Origin: Eledone cirrhosa
Lineage: Eukaryota
Length of the DNA: 64,000 bases
Direction: 5' to 3'
NCBI GenBank assembly: GCA_964016885.1
Contig: OZ024743.1
Location: 280,054,001 to 280,118,000 of the forward strand
The notes under the pieces are model-generated. The model did no database searches. It had not been told where the DNA came from and saw only the letters and a list, made by a program, of their open reading frames with translations. The translations under genes were made by a program, and so were the position numbers. Positions 42,299-54,390 of the stretch are shown one piece after another. How positions within the stretch are numbered: position 1 is the first letter of the stretch; every line of letters starts with the position of its first letter.

Positions 42299-42511
42299 TA
42301 CGAAGGTCGGCTGAAACATTCATAGGTTGAAAATCTCATAGGCTGACCAATATACTCTCATGGAATAACCAAAACAAGTTTATTTTTCAACATTGTCCTC
42401 GGAAAAAAGCAATGATAAGAAGAGTTGAAATTATTGCATGCACAATTCCACAGCGCTTGCATCATTCTTTCATAGTCAGTCTACCAACTTTTCGGCCTAC
42501 TCTCTTGCATA
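42299..42511. mobile_element. Decayed Tc1/mariner-type MITE
   Basis: TACGAAGGTCGGCTGAAA at the left; degenerate complement ACTTTTCGGCCTACTCTC at the right. Confidence 0.5.
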
Positions 42512-42524
42512 CGGCAATTTATAC

Positions 42525-42819
42525 CAGGCATGGGCAACCTTTTTCGAGAAGCGGGCCGCATGAGATATGGCTCATTATCAGGCGGGCCGCAAGCGCTAAT
42601 TTATATTCGTGCCCACATTTTAAAAAAAAAAGCGCGGTAACTCTGATTGTTTTGATTTGTTTCTTCAGAATTCGTACACGTTGTTTTCCTTGATGGTAAA
42701 AACGATAGAAATATAAATGATGACTGAAAAGTTGGGGCAAAAAAATCAGAAAGATTTCACATAGGTGACTTAGGCGAGCCATTCAGAAAGCTTCGCGGGC
42801 AGCAAGTTGCTCATGACTG
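42525..42819. mobile_element. hAT (Charlie-like) MITE
   Basis: TIRs CAGGCATGGGCAAC / GTTGCTCATGACTG. Imperfect 8-bp TSD ATTTATAC / GTCTATAT. Internal GCGGGCCGCA repeats. Confidence 0.75.
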
Positions 42820-42919
42820 GTCTATATAGATGAGAAACAAAACAAGGATGTAGTTTATGGAACACCCAAATGGTTTAGAAGTCGACCTTAAGTAGGAGCA
42901 ATAACATTAAGAAAGACAT

Positions 42920-43280
42920 GAATGACAACACATCATTTTGTATTGAAAATTTTGAAAGTAGGTTTATAAGTATGAATTTTCACGAGTTATTCGCAGTTGT
43001 CTCAATGGCCTAGCGGTAGGAGCTAGCGAGGGCGTAGATTCTGGTCTTGGGTTCAATCTTGCTCATGTAATTTTTTCAGTTTTCATTTTATATTCAAAAG
43101 AAAAAAAACTGAAAGGTTTACCGAGAACCATACTCCCGACCTATATCGAACTTCAGACCAGGATCACCACAGTCTATGATTCTTCCACATAAACCGCCGA
43201 GACAGCTACAAAAGTATAATGAAAATTAATAATTATAAACCTACTTTCAAAATCAAAGTTAAAAAGATGAGTTGCCGTTC
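42920..43280. mobile_element. MITE-like inverted repeat with tRNA-like A/B boxes in its arms
   Basis: ATTTTGAAAGTAGGTTTATAA (42949) and TTATAAACCTACTTTCAAAAT (43233), with further inward complementarity. Confidence 0.65.
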
Positions 43281-43509
43281 TAGCGCATTAGAGTAACTGA
43301 TAACTAAATTTTATTTATTAGGAATATAATTAGTATAATATCTATATGCTTTGCCCTAGCTAAGTGTTAAACGTGGCATACTTACTTTCACTCTAACAAC
43401 CCTCTTTAATTCTCATATGCTGAATTTACTTTCTTACCCCCATTAGAGATAGTTGTAAAGATTTCTCGCTTAACGTTTGACCGGCTAGGCACCCACAGAT
43501 CGGAATGTC

Positions 43510-44250
43510 ATCTTACACCCTGCCCTTTGTTCTACAGGCCAGTTCACCCCCCCCCCTTCCCGGCACCACCACTTTGAAGGAATTTAACCATGTACAACAA
43601 ATACAACGGTAAGCGATGGAGTCCACCCACAGCCTCGGCGGACAGAATGGAGAAGGCGTTTCCCCGGAGGACGTCAAGGGAGACGCGTTGGAAAAGCCAC
43701 CCCAACTCGCGGGGCTCACACCTGCGGCTGACCAGCTCAACACCTATGGTGGTAGAGTAAGGAGGTAGCCCTGGGGCCAAGGACACAAGAAGTTTCCACT
43801 GCCAGGGGTACGACAGCAAACCTGTCGGAGAGCGACCGGTATTTGAGGAGTTTGGCCCCCTCAGCCCGACATGCAGCAGAACCTCGGTCAGTCGCAGACT
43901 GCGCTAGGCTGCGGCTGCAGAAAGTGTCGGTGCAAGTCGCATCCCAGACGAGGGGTTTGCCACTGCGGAACGGGAAGATGGTCATGCCATCTGGCCTTTT
44001 GCCGTCCCCTCGATCCAGCCCCACCGGCTCGAGCTGGGAAGGGAAGCCTGCAGCGTCCAAGCTATGCTTAATGACCATGTTGAGGGCAGCATGGAGTGGA
44101 ATGCGGCCGGCACAGTGGCGACAGGAAAGCGGGTGGAGGCGGAAAGAGTCCATGGTGGAACAGCAGCGACATTGGTGTGGTTGGCAGATACGGAGGACGA
44201 GCCTCAAGGAAACGCCGATGCGACATCCCAAAATCATTGACCACTACCCG
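43510..44250 (-). mobile_element. 5'-truncated CRE-clade non-LTR retrotransposon (Zn finger + restriction-like endonuclease)
   Basis: CRC..MDS..HPLSC, HAALN, LEPVGLDRGDGKRPDG, LVWDATC.DT, AE..K..KY, VPLAVET, LFQRVSLDVLRGNA. Confidence 0.88.
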
Positions 44251-44445
44251 TGACAGACAAGAAAAACAACTTTTTAGGATTGTTTGATTTGATACTTCTG
44301 CTTTTATGCTTTGTCTACATGCCCATATATGGACTCTACCCCTTGATAAGTTCAGCTAGGTCCCTGCCTCCTAATACTGTTGAGTTAGTTCGGATCTGTC
44401 GAAACGGCCGGAGCTCACCCGTCAGGATCCTGACTCTTTTCCTAT
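44250..44445 (+). mobile_element. Naiad-related pLTR fragment carrying the long-helix-II hammerhead variant
   Basis: CCATATATGGA..TACCCC.TGA.AAG.TCAGCTA ... GTCGAAACGGC..GAGCTCA.CCGTC is shared with 53095-53208. Ends in (TA)n. Confidence 0.7.
44338..44428 (+). ncRNA. Variant hammerhead (UUGAUAA core, 51-nt helix II domain)
   Basis: acccc-TTGATAA-[51 nt]-GAAA-cgg(ccggagctcac)ccg-TC-aggat. Confidence 0.55.
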
Positions 44446-44450
44446 ATATC

Positions 44451-44483
<33 letters not shown>

Positions 44484-44764
44484 ATGTGTGTGTGTGTGTG
44501 TATTATCATATGCGGGATCCAAACTATGTAACTGTTCTATTACGGACAACACCGTGTTCACCCAAAAGATAAGTTCCCCAGAGAGCATGTTACCATTAAA
44601 TGTAGTCTACGTAAACGCGACGGACAAAAATTAGTTTTCTACCGTTATATCTCACAGGCTTTCCTGGTACGTCGTAAACACTCAAGTGGTTTGATAACCC
44701 TAGGTAGTTAAAGAAGGGCGGTAGGTGAAACAGCCACATTCGCTATAATCAATTGGATATTCGT

Positions 44765-45075
44765 GCCTACCTATGGTCATGTATCTTGTGTACTGACCAA
44801 AAGAATACTTTCGCGAATACAAGCGGCCAAAATGGGGTTTCCGTGGGCACGTGATTAGAATGTCTCAGGAAAGAATAGCTGGACAGATATTACGGGCAAA
44901 ACAGACTGACAGGAGACCCAGGCGTAGACACAGAGTAAGATGTTTATATAACATCCATAAGCCTGGCTGATCTTACTTAGGGATCCAACCAGATCAGCTG
45001 GGGACGGTTGCTTCTGAAAGGACCTATTGGAAGGAGTATTTGATGATTTGAGGACTCTACCCCCACGAAACTCTC
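44765..45075 (+). mobile_element. Decayed RTE (Rex3/Expander-like) 3' fragment
   Basis: TYGH.SCVLT.R..SRIQAA.MGF and RMSQER...RRPR.R.R.R traces. Ends CTACCCCCACGAAAC before (CT)n. Confidence 0.5.
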
Positions 45076-45093
45076 TCTCTCTCTCCCCCACTC

Positions 45094-45154
<61 letters not shown>

Positions 45155-45226
45155 AGAAGAAGAAGAAGAAGAAGAAGAAGAAGAAGAAGAAGAAGAAGAA
45201 GAAGAAGATATATATATATATATATA

Positions 45227-45368
45227 AATTAATTAATTGATCTTGACTCTGTTTTCGTATGATTTTTATTGAAAATTTTTGAATGCATCTTCTCTTTTCA
45301 TGATATTTGCATTACATTGAGTTCTTCATACGGATTGGACACTACCGTATATTTTGGTAGATTTATCT

Positions 45369-45370
<2 letters not shown>
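45227..45370 (+). mobile_element. Short PLE-like 3' terminal fragment (copy of 18737-18880)
   Basis: ATTACATTGAGTTCTTCATACGGATTGGACACTACCGTATATTTTGGTAGATTTATCTAC is identical in both. Confidence 0.6.
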
Positions 45371-45447
<77 letters not shown>

Positions 45448-45901
45448 CGAAACAAGTTAATTGCATGACCTCATAATCCTTTATTTACTGGTATATATAT
45501 TTCGATGATAGCCATTGAATGGCTATGACCTCATCAGGCAGTTAGTCAGTTCTTAGATATGCCAGCTCTGTGTTTATGGTGTTGATGGTATCAGAGCCTT
45601 GGGACATATATATATGCGTATGAGTGTGTGTGTGCGTGTGTAAACGTTATGCATAGAGTGTGGTTCGAATACTGGCATCGTCTCAATTCATTTCTCTCTC
45701 TATATATATATATAATTTCTGTATATATATATATATATGTAGAAATAGGGTAACCCCAGAGCAGATAAGTATAAATAATACTTGAATGAGACGGGTAAAG
45801 TAATCCTGGACATGGAAAGAAGTGTGCAGAACCACGCATCACGCACAACATTTAAATACGCACACACACACGCGCATGCATATGTATGTGTGTATGTGTG
45901 C

Positions 45902-45993
<92 letters not shown>

Positions 45994-46097
45994 TAAGCAT
46001 AAATCGAATTGTTTAAGGCACTCGCAAAACACTCAATGATACGAAAATCTGCGACATTTTCGTTTAGAGTGAATTAGTATATAAGTATATATATATA

Positions 46098-48055
46098 TTT
46101 AGCAGGGTAGATTAATGAAGGTCGCTAGTGTGGCAGTGTCCAGTGTAGCTGTGGTCAGTGGTCACAGTGTGGTAAAGTGATAGTATCCTCGTTGGATTGC
46201 CTTGTCGACTTAGACGTGAGGGAAGGTCCCTCGATCTATTTACCATCTTTGTATTTACAATATTCCTTTCGTTAGGTCGCCAATTCCAGCAGCATAGATT
46301 ATAGATGTTATTGAGACACGAGTAACATAATAATGATTTCAACAGCAGAAATTAGAGATGAAATGTATGTTTATTTTTGATGTAGCACAAACAATGTTTG
46401 TTAACTTATATGGTTGAAGTTACACATAAAAAGAGGTTACAAAAGGGAATGTGCCATTGCGCCGGAAATCCGGCAAGGCTAGGGTGCAAAATCTCACCGT
46501 TACATTGTATGTGTTGCTGGTTCGAAGTTTCTGGTACAAGAGATAGATTCTTCAAACCTTGGCGGGGAATTTCTTCCTCAGGGCGCGTAGGGATACATCT
46601 TCTTCTACTGGCGCTGATTGGCTGAACTGAGCCAAATCACGCAGAGAGAATGTATGTGAGCTCGCGGAATGTAGGTCACTACAATACTTCCGAGCAGACT
46701 TTTAGCCGAAAATCGTAAACGAAGAAGCCAAGGACCCACAAGGAAGTCGATACAGATTATTGAATCAGCAAGAACAAATGCTGAAAGAGCACATCAGTTT
46801 AAAAAAATAATTGGGCAGAAGGCTGCATGCAAGAAAAAAAATGAGGCGCTACGGGCCGTGTTGAGCCGCTGTGTCAAATGACCCGCTGTTTTGTTGTTTA
46901 TACGTGACCAGTAAAGGTCTAACAAAAACGGATAAAGTCTGACATGGCGAAGTTGCTGTTCTTGCATTAAATGTTAATGGTAAGTGCTGTACCAGTAGCT
47001 GTGGGCGAAGCTATTATGGTAGTTTACCAGTGCTGGCAAGAAGATGATGGGTAGGCGAGAAAATGTTGGCCTCCCAGATGTATTGCCGAAAGTGCTAGGG
47101 AGCCAGGAAAAAATGGCTGGTTGCTTTGAAAATAAAAAAAGCAAGTTTAATCTGTAGGTGGGTTGCAGTGTAAATTCCATAATTCGGGCGAATCCACAGA
47201 AGTGGCCGAAATGCGGACAAGTCCAGTTCTATTTGCTGCTTTCCCAGCGAGTCGGGCAAAAACAGCAAGACGAAGGCCGTCATGTACGATCAGTGTGCAA
47301 CGAGATGCAAAACTGTTTGAGCTCAGCTGCAATTAGTATTCTCGTGTTGCGGTGCCTGTTTGAATCCAGGTGGATTAAGCTCAATGAGCTGCTAGCATGT
47401 GACAGCACCTCAACCAGGTGAAAAGGGACTCGCAGAATATTACGTTTGAAGAACATATACCAAGAACAACTGTCGGGGTCACCACTTTAGCTGGGTAGAT
47501 GAATGAAGGTCGCCAGTGTGGCAGTGTCCAGTGTAGCTGTGGCCAGTGGTCACAGTGTGGTAAAGTGATAGTATCCTCGTTGGATTGTCTTGTCGATCTA
47601 TTTACCATCTTTGTATTTACAATATTCCTTTCGTTAGGTCGCCAATTCCAGCAGCATGGATTATAGATGTTATTGAGACACGAGTAACATAATAATGATT
47701 TCAACAGCAGAAATTAGAGATGAAATGTATGTTTATTTTTGATGTAGCACAAACAATGTTTGTTAACTTATATGGTTGAAGTTACACATAAAAAGAGGTT
47801 ACACATAAAAAGAGGTTACAAAAGGGAATGTGCCATTGCGCCGGAAATCCGGCAAGGCTAGGGTGCAAAATCTCACCGTTACATTGTATGTGTTGCTGGT
47901 TCGACGTTCCTGGTACAAGAGATAGATTCTTCAAATCTTCGCGGGGAATTTCTTCTTCAGGGCGCGTAGGGATACATCCTCTTCTACTGGCGCTGATTGG
48001 CTGAACTGAGCCAAATCGCGCACAGAGAATGTATGTGAGCCCGCGGAATGTAGGT

Positions 48056-48062
<7 letters not shown>
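46098..48062 (-). mobile_element. Internally deleted Gypsy-type LTR retroelement
   Basis: Direct LTRs of about 580 bp at 47486-48062 and 46098-46683 (TGTAG...GCTAAA). PBS present. The 800-bp interior has a gag N-terminus-like remnant. Inserted in (TA)n. Confidence 0.88.
47472..47484 (-). promoter_or_regulatory. Primer binding site complementary to the tRNA-Trp 3' end
   Basis: TGGTGACCCCGAC, 1 nt after the 5' LTR. Confidence 0.85.
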
Positions 48063-48097
<35 letters not shown>

Positions 48098-48195
48098 GTT
48101 ATTCCGGGTTGAGTCGGAGGTAACCACAGTAAGTAAGGTAGTCAATTTCTAAAGAATGAAACAGTTCTAGTCCTGTAGAATCTCATCTATATTAA

Positions 48196-48259
<64 letters not shown>

Positions 48260-48513
48260 TAGACTCACATCTCACGCTCTTTTAAATACCATGTTGTTGA
48301 ATTCAGGTGATCAGATAATATATTTTTTACGGGCCTACAATCCCCTTTCCTTCCCTCACTTTGATTATTATAATTTTCCTTGGGCTTCCCAAGTCCAGGG
48401 TACATTGCGTTATACCTGGTGCTCATCGACGTATAAATGTATTTTTATAAACGGGCTTTGAACATACACGGTATTTGATATACTCTTTGGTTTGTGGAAC
48501 TAATATATATATA

Positions 48514-49618
48514 TACTAGCAGAATGGCCGGCTTTGCTCGGGCTTCTAAACATAGATTGGCATGTTTATCCCTTCTTTCTGAAACAGTACAGAGTACGGA
48601 ATACCTCGGCCTGTGGATGGTGTCTACAGTTTGTGCTTATAAAAAAAATTCGTCGTAGATTACTAGGGGTTTAACTTAATTGGAAGCCTGAGAGTAAAAT
48701 GTTCAACCCACGAAACCTAAGACGATGGGGTTAAGTAAAAAGCCATTCGACAAACCGAACATGTATTTGTTGTGCTATGGTACAATGAAAGCAATAGTTA
48801 CAGAACAGTAAGCATGTGGGACTGCAGTGGTGGAGAGCATGAAGGAATTTAATTGTATACTTTTAAGATTACAGGCCCTATCGCAACCAAAATGCTAAAC
48901 AATGCGGTCCCCGGGCAAAAGTTTGACATTTGTGAAACATAAGTAATGCATATGCAAAGTTTTTAAAAATCGGTTGGCTAATTCTCGAGTTACAGGCCCT
49001 AACGCAACCAAAATGCTTTTAAAAATCGGTTTTTCGCCTAATGGCAAGAAAATCGGTTTTTCGCCTGGGGTAAAAAATGCGAAAATCTTTTTTGCTCAAA
49101 ACACTTTAAACCACATAAATAATGCAAATTTTGAAGACATCGCCTGGATTATTGTTCCGTTATGCCTCAAAAAAGCCTTTACAGCCTAAAATGTGCCGAC
49201 ATTGACAATTTAAAATATTTTTCGCTCAAAACACTCACACCAATGGCCTGAGATTCGCGAGAGAAACAATGAAATGGCTGGCTGAGCCCTCTCTCTGCCA
49301 GCCACCTCATTGTTTCACTCACCTAACCCTCTAGCAGTCCTATTCTCACTTACAGTCGCTTGGGTCAGTCTTAAGTTGCTCGCACATTGCTCGGTTTGCT
49401 GTTTTTTCTCGCTGTTTTCTGTTTTCTTCCCTTTTCCCTTCTATTTTCCTTCCCTCCCTCCTCCGTTTTCCCAATAACTTACCCAGTTATTGTACGCTCT
49501 GTGGGTAGATATATTGTCTTTAAAACGTTGAAATATCCGAGACCCGCAGTAGGTAACTGATGAGGAACCCCTCCCCCGCGTTCTTGCTTTCATTTTATTC
49601 TCATTCCAAATATAAGCC
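48514..49618 (+). mobile_element. Helentron/Helitron-like non-autonomous element (tentative)
   Basis: Starts TACTAGCAGAATGGCCGGCTTTGCTCGGG (terminal CTAG next to a GC hairpin). Has internal direct repeats. Right end uncertain. Confidence 0.45.
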
Positions 49619-49728
49619 TATATATATATATATATAACGAAGGAAATGTGGTAAGGAACCAGATGGACCATAACGCACCAAAGTACTCAATACTTAGGGT
49701 AGTAGAGTGGGTAATAGGAACGAGTAGG

Positions 49729-49824
49729 ACCCCGACGGCTGAGCTCAAGCCGTTTCGACGGCTAATTCTGGACTAAATGAACATTTTTATCCTGGTAAAT
49801 GAATAGCTGAGCTTCTCAGGGGTA
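49729..49824 (-). ncRNA. Variant hammerhead (CUGAGAA core, 56-nt helix II domain), left pLTR
   Basis: acccc-CTGAGAA-[56 nt]-GAAA-cggct(tgagctc)agccg-TC-ggggt. Helices I and III are perfect 5 bp. Confidence 0.65.
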
Positions 49825-50946
49825 ATATTCCATATATGGTAAAAGTGATTGTCACAAGGTTTGGTCAAAAGTTTGTTGTTGAGACACATAATTCTATCAT
49901 GGCATTTTATGGAAGGAAGGGGTAGGTGAACTTGCTAGTAGAAGAAAGAGGGAGAGGGAGTGGAGAAAACCCACTCGTGCGTTGAAAGTGACGACTACAG
50001 CAGAATCCTAAGGATAAGAGGTCAAGAGGGGAAGGGGGGGAGTCGAAACAATAAGAAGATCTATATGGAGTAAATCTTTATAGAAAAATAAGAATGTTAA
50101 AAATATAAAAAAACACAATTTCTGGTTACTGTTCCCCTACCACAATCATCAAATCTCTCACTGGTACTGCTAAACTATAGAAAAGTTTAATAGGTGGGGC
50201 GGGATACTAAATACGAGATTGTAGTGAAAGAATTGTATGAGTTAGTAGTACTCGGCCTAATATATCTTACAATGACAGGTCAACAAGTAGGGGGCCAAAA
50301 TACTAAAATAAAAAAAAATAAAAAAACCTAATACGAAATAATAATTCAGAGTCCTGAAACTAATACGAAATAATAATTCAGAGTCCCGAAACTAATACGA
50401 TATATTAATTCAGAATCCCGAAAATGAATACTAATACGATATATAAGAGTACCGCTACAATACATAAATTCTAATGCAAACTACATAAATGCTCGTACGA
50501 TATATAAGAAAAAATTAATACGAAAATATTAATTCAGAATCCCCCCCCCCCCCCCCCCCAAGAAAAAGATAAATACTGATATACGAGAAACTAAAGCAGA
50601 GATACCACTAGGAAATCTAGAAATCACGGAAATGGGGCAGCAATCAGATAAGAAAGCAAGTATCTGGGGTCTAGCACATCTGCTATAAGAAAGCGGAGTC
50701 GGCCAATTCTATCATAGAATGGGGGTGGGGTTGGGGTACTGAGGCTACGGAGGACCGAAGGGCTGCCTCGGGGTGGGTGAGAAGGTGAAAAGAACGACGA
50801 CAAAGAAGGAGTACAGAGGTGGAAGGACTAGGAAGGGATGGGGCGAAGGAGGAAATATAGAGGAAACGATAAAAAATATATAAGAAAATCTTACGTCTAC
50901 CTTTGTAAGCAGGGGTTACCCATTACAAAGTCGGCAAGTGGGGTGT

Positions 50947-52410
50947 TACAGCCCTTGTCTAACCCCCGAGTCATTATGGGGTTTGAGGGCGAGGTAAGTC
51001 CTACGCAATCTGTGTTTGCATGCAGTTACCAGTTTGTCTTTCTTGTTTAGGAGTTGGTCCGTCGAAAACAGCATTTGTAATGTTTCCTCCGAGAATAAGT
51101 TACACGGACGGCGTCCTCCCGTGTAAGAGTTGGCTCTGGACAGTAAGCTCCAAGTGAGATTATAGGTTGTATTGTTATCTTTGAGGTCGCAGATGTGGCC
51201 CGAAAGTGTAGTGGCGTGACGCCGGGCCAGGTTTCAGAAAGTATGTCCGTGTTGGTATAGCCGGGTCTTAAAGTCACAAGCGGTTAATCCTATATAAGCT
51301 TTGTTGGAGGTGTCCTCCTCACGTTACACTGGTAGATCAGATTACGATATCTGCATCTGTTGTCGAGGGGGCAAATGGATCCAAACGGACAGTTACACCT
51401 CCTGGTCGGCTCTCCACTGCTATCTAGGTTATTTCTTCCATAGGGGTTGAGTTTTTTGTTGTTAGAGGAGACGATGTTTTGTGCAAAGTTAGGTGTGGTG
51501 CTGTAGGAGAGTTTGATGGTATTTTTGTTGATTATGTTGTGGTAGCGGTGTTGTAGTTGGAAGTGTTTTTCGATGAGCCTAAAGAAGATTTTCCTGATAG
51601 GTGTTGTCACCTCGGCGTTGTGGGGGAGGATTGAACCATGTTACATTGCGTGAGCGGCGGTGTCGCCTGCTGGTTCCGCTAATGGAAGCTGGACAGTAGG
51701 ATATTTCCTCCCGGAAGCCACTCCGCCTGAGGGCCTGGTTGTAATAAGGCGCATGTTCGTCGAATATCTGCTCATTAGCGGACAAACGAGATATGCGGAG
51801 GGAGATGTTTTTAACCAGGTTATTGGTGATGTTTCTGGATGGTTTGACCGGCAGTGGATGTAGTGCAGGTTATCGTTTGGTTTCCTGTATGGGTAGTACA
51901 GATGATTATCGAGGTCAAGGGTAACGTCCAGGAAGTTTACTCGGGTTAGGGATGTTTGTAGGGTTATTTTAAATCCCCAGTCGCGGAAGAAGTTGATTAA
52001 TTGTTTAAGGACCCGGTCTGTACTGCTGGGGTTGTACCCTTTAAGGGTAAGGAGCCCATCATCACGGTACAATCCACCGCCGAATGCAGGAAACATATCG
52101 GTGAGTTTAACTAGTAGGAATAATCCTATAAGATCTGTGACCTCGGCCGAATCCATCGCGCCCCTACTGACGTCGAAGGGGGAGTCGGGAGGTCTCTTTA
52201 TCCATTTGGAGTTGCCGAAAAGTAGGACTGTCTTCCTGGCGTGGAGGATGATATTTCTTTCCTGGTCGGTGATGGGCGCAAGTGTCTCGGCAAAGTCGAA
52301 GGCGGCGGTAATGAGCGGTAAGGTAATTGAAGCATAGTAACTCTCTATGTCAAACTGGATGAATTTTGTGTCTCGTTTGTCCTCCATATTGCTAAACCAT
52401 GGGATTACTT
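50947..52410 (-). pseudogene. Naiad RT + GIY-YIG (frameshifted)
   Basis: FIQFDIESYYASI, GAMDSAEVTDLIGLFLL, GLYRDDGL, VNFLDVTLDL, WFNPP, CNCPFGSICPLDNRC, AYIGLT, TACKH. Confidence 0.93.
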
Positions 52411-53110
52411 TCTTTTTTGGGGGGGAATTTGAATTAATTTTTCGTATTAATTTTTTCTTATATATCGTACGAGCATTTATTAGTTTGCATTAGAATTTAT
52501 GTATTGTAGCAGTACTCTTATATATCGTATTAGTATTCATTTTCGGGATTCTGAATTAATATTTCGTATTAGTTTCGGGACTCTGAATTATTATTTCGTA
52601 TTAGGGTTTGGGGTTTTTTTTTTTTAGAATTTTGGCCCCCTACTTGTTGACCTGTCATTGTAAGATAGATTAGGCCGAGTACTACTAACTCATACAATTC
52701 TTTCACTACAATCTCGTATTTAGTATCCCGCCCCACCTATTAAACTTTTCTATAGTTTAGCCGTACCAGTGAGAGATTTGATGATTGTGGTAGGGGAATA
52801 GTAACCAGAAATTGTGTTTTTTAATATTTTTAACATTCTTGTTTTTCTATATAGATTTACTCCATATAGATCTACTTATTGTTTCGACCCCCAACCCCCC
52901 TCCCCCTCTTGACCTCTTATCCTTAGGATTCTGCTGTAGTCGTCACTTTCAACGCACGACTGGGTTTCCTCTACTCCCTCTCCCTCTTTCTTCTACTGGC
53001 AAGTTCACCTACCCCTTCCTTCCACAAAATGCCATGATAGAATTATGTGTCTCAACAACAAACTTTTGACCAATCCTTGTGACAATCACTTTTACCATAT
53101 ATGGAATATT

Positions 53111-53206
53111 ACCCCCTGAGAAGCTCAGCTATTCATTTACCAGGATAAAAATTTTCATTTAGTCCAGAATTAGCCGTCGAAACGGCTGGAGCTCAGCCGT
53201 CAGGGT
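53111..53206 (+). ncRNA. Variant hammerhead (CUGAGAA core), right pLTR
   Basis: acccc-CTGAGAA-[56 nt]-GAAA-cggct(ggagctc)agccg-TC-agggt. Confidence 0.6.
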
Positions 53207-53216
53207 CCTACTCGTT

Positions 53217-53285
<69 letters not shown>

Positions 53286-53406
53286 CATATGCACATATAT
53301 TTATATATATTTATCTCTATATATGTTTATTGTATGTGATTTCTTACATAAAAGTATGCCACACGATCTTATACACACACACACATACACACACACACAC
53401 ACAGAT

Positions 53407-53441
<35 letters not shown>

Positions 53442-53698
53442 CACACACACACACACAGGTACACACATGCTACCAGCGTCAGCGAAATACAATGCACTTG
53501 CGTGTCAATTTACTCATGTATGTAAGTTCATACGTAAATACATACACACATGCATGCATATATGCATAGAGATATATCGAAGTGTGTGTGGTGGTGGTGG
53601 GGAGGGGATAGTGGGGCGAAGAGTCAGCGAAAACGAAAACAAGTGCGAGAACGTCAGAGAAAGTCAGTACATAACGTCTCGATATAAATACACACAAT

Positions 53699-53854
53699 GG
53701 CTAATTCTGGGCTCAGAGTCCAGAATTAGCCGTCGAAACGGCTTGAGCTCAGCCGTCGGGGTCCTACTTGTTCCTATTACCCACTCTACTACCCTAAGTA
53801 TTGAGTACTTTGGTGCGATATGATCCATCTGGTTCCTTACCACATTTCCTTCGT

Positions 53855-53856
<2 letters not shown>
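53699..53856 (+). mobile_element. Extremely truncated third copy of the Naiad 3' terminus with a 15-bp fold-back
   Basis: Reverse complement of 49636-49774, preceded by an inverted GGCTAATTCTGG. Ends in (TA)n. Confidence 0.85.
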
Positions 53857-53925
<69 letters not shown>

Positions 53926-54022
53926 ATACATATATATACATATATATATGTATATATAGGAAAAGAATCAGATATGTAAGTGCGTGTATGTACTCATTCA
54001 TACAAACATACCCACACATATC

Positions 54023-54099
<77 letters not shown>

Positions 54100-54175
54100 C
54101 ATTCGAGGAAGTACCTGCGTATAAGCGTGCGTGCGTATATACTTGTGTACCTGCGCTGTTGTGTGTATGTGTAAG

Positions 54176-54217
<42 letters not shown>

Positions 54218-54223
54218 TATGTG

Positions 54224-54275
<52 letters not shown>

Positions 54276-54308
54276 TGTGTGTGTGTGTCTGTGTGTGTGT
54301 GTGTGTGT

Positions 54309-54390
<82 letters not shown>

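Larger units (their letters stand above)
49636..53218 (-). mobile_element. Naiad-type PLE, 5'-truncated, with inverted pLTR arms of about 800 bp, inserted in (TA)n
   Basis: Arms about 49717-50570 and 52410-53216 are reverse complements. RT/GIY-YIG lies between them. Confidence 0.93.

Noticed and set aside
49545-49585. CTGATGAGGAACCCCTCC as a hammerhead
   Set aside because: No GAAA or helix III follows.
50325-50540. Short spaced repeats (TAATACGAAATAATAATTCAGAGTCC) resembling a CRISPR array
   Set aside because: They are irregular tandem repeats inside a PLE 3' UTR, with no unique spacers and no cas genes, in a eukaryotic context.
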